DNA of 24,000 nucleotides from Massilia psychrophila (GTDB lineage: Bacteria; Pseudomonadota; Gammaproteobacteria; Burkholderiales; Burkholderiaceae_D): assembly GCF_002760665.1 (NCBI RefSeq), contig NZ_PDOB01000003.1, forward strand, positions 43,434-67,433, read 5' to 3'. The translations under genes were made by a program, and so were the position numbers. Positions 23,883 through 24,000 of this stretch are shown in pieces; position 1 is the first letter of the stretch, and the number at the start of each line of letters is the position of its first letter. The notes beneath the pieces are model-generated. The model worked only from the letters and a program-made list of their open reading frames with translations. It did no database searches and was not told the origin of the DNA.

Positions 23883-24000
23883 TCAGGCGCTCATTCTTGC
23901 GCCGATGCCCGCATCGGCCATGCCGCGCAACATTTCCAGCAGGTCGGCCGGGGTGTCGAGCAGGAAGTCGGCGCCCCAGGCGGCCGGTTCGATGGCGCCG
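23883..24000 (-). CDS. 3' end of a CDS continuing beyond the window, function unknown
   Basis: The minus-strand frame is open to the window edge and ends at TGA (23883-23885). It translates as GAIEPAAWGADFLLDTPADLLEMLRGMADAGIGARMSA*. GC3 is very high, which is consistent with coding. It is too short to assign. Confidence 0.45.
   Translation of the reverse strand, partial: GAIEPAAWGADFLLDTPADLLEMLRGMADAGIGARMSA

Noticed and set aside
1-24000. A scan for CRISPR arrays, IS elements or transposases, integrases, restriction-modification, toxin-antitoxin or other defence-type gene sets.
   Set aside because: None was found. The only repeats are short REP-like or in-gene tandem repeats. The single methyltransferase (3980-4603) is a small-molecule-type class I enzyme with no nuclease or specificity partner.

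Overview
High-GC chromosomal segment. It looks betaproteobacterial and Oxalobacteraceae-like, judged only from the tmRNA tag ANDNSYALAA and REP-type repeats (inference). I see no CRISPR array, transposase, integrase, toxin-antitoxin pair or recognisable defence system.

Gene content, left to right:
- An orphan fliT with a sigma-28 promoter.
- Two decayed peptidase genes: a collapsed M1 aminopeptidase remnant, and an M13 endopeptidase with an in-frame stop plus a frameshift.
- A SAM methyltransferase.
- Two csbD paralogs flanking a lipoprotein gene.
- An intact S9 dipeptidyl-peptidase IV and a MATE efflux pump.
- A REP-like repeat pair abutting a truncated bPH_2 gene.
- A diheme cytochrome c and cbpA-cbpM.
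- A complete tal-pyp-pcl photoactive yellow protein (PYP) cassette.
- An Old Yellow Enzyme reductase and a HiPIP.
- A MerR/LitR-like regulator immediately followed by an iron-sulfur (6-4) photolyase/cryptochrome (FeS-BCP).
- A lower-GC aldehyde dehydrogenase gene.
- The tmRNA gene ssrA and a glycine-zipper membrane protein.

The most interesting part is the light-sensing neighbourhood at about 12.9-20.8 kb:
- The PYP has all chromophore-pocket residues and sits beside both chromophore-biosynthesis genes.
- The pcl product carries a carrier-protein-like LGADSL motif.
- The ammonia-lyase has a non-canonical Tyr-His pair at the substrate-selectivity switch.
- The MerR-type regulator has no recognisable B12 histidine motif but has a CxCxxHxC...C cluster.
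- That regulator gene is preceded by three exactly 11-bp-phased GGTTCA direct repeats, which resembles CarH/LitR operator architecture.

Also notable is an inverted 25-nt copy of the tmRNA 3' end lying across the ssrA terminator.

All family assignments are by-eye motif recognition. No searches were run.
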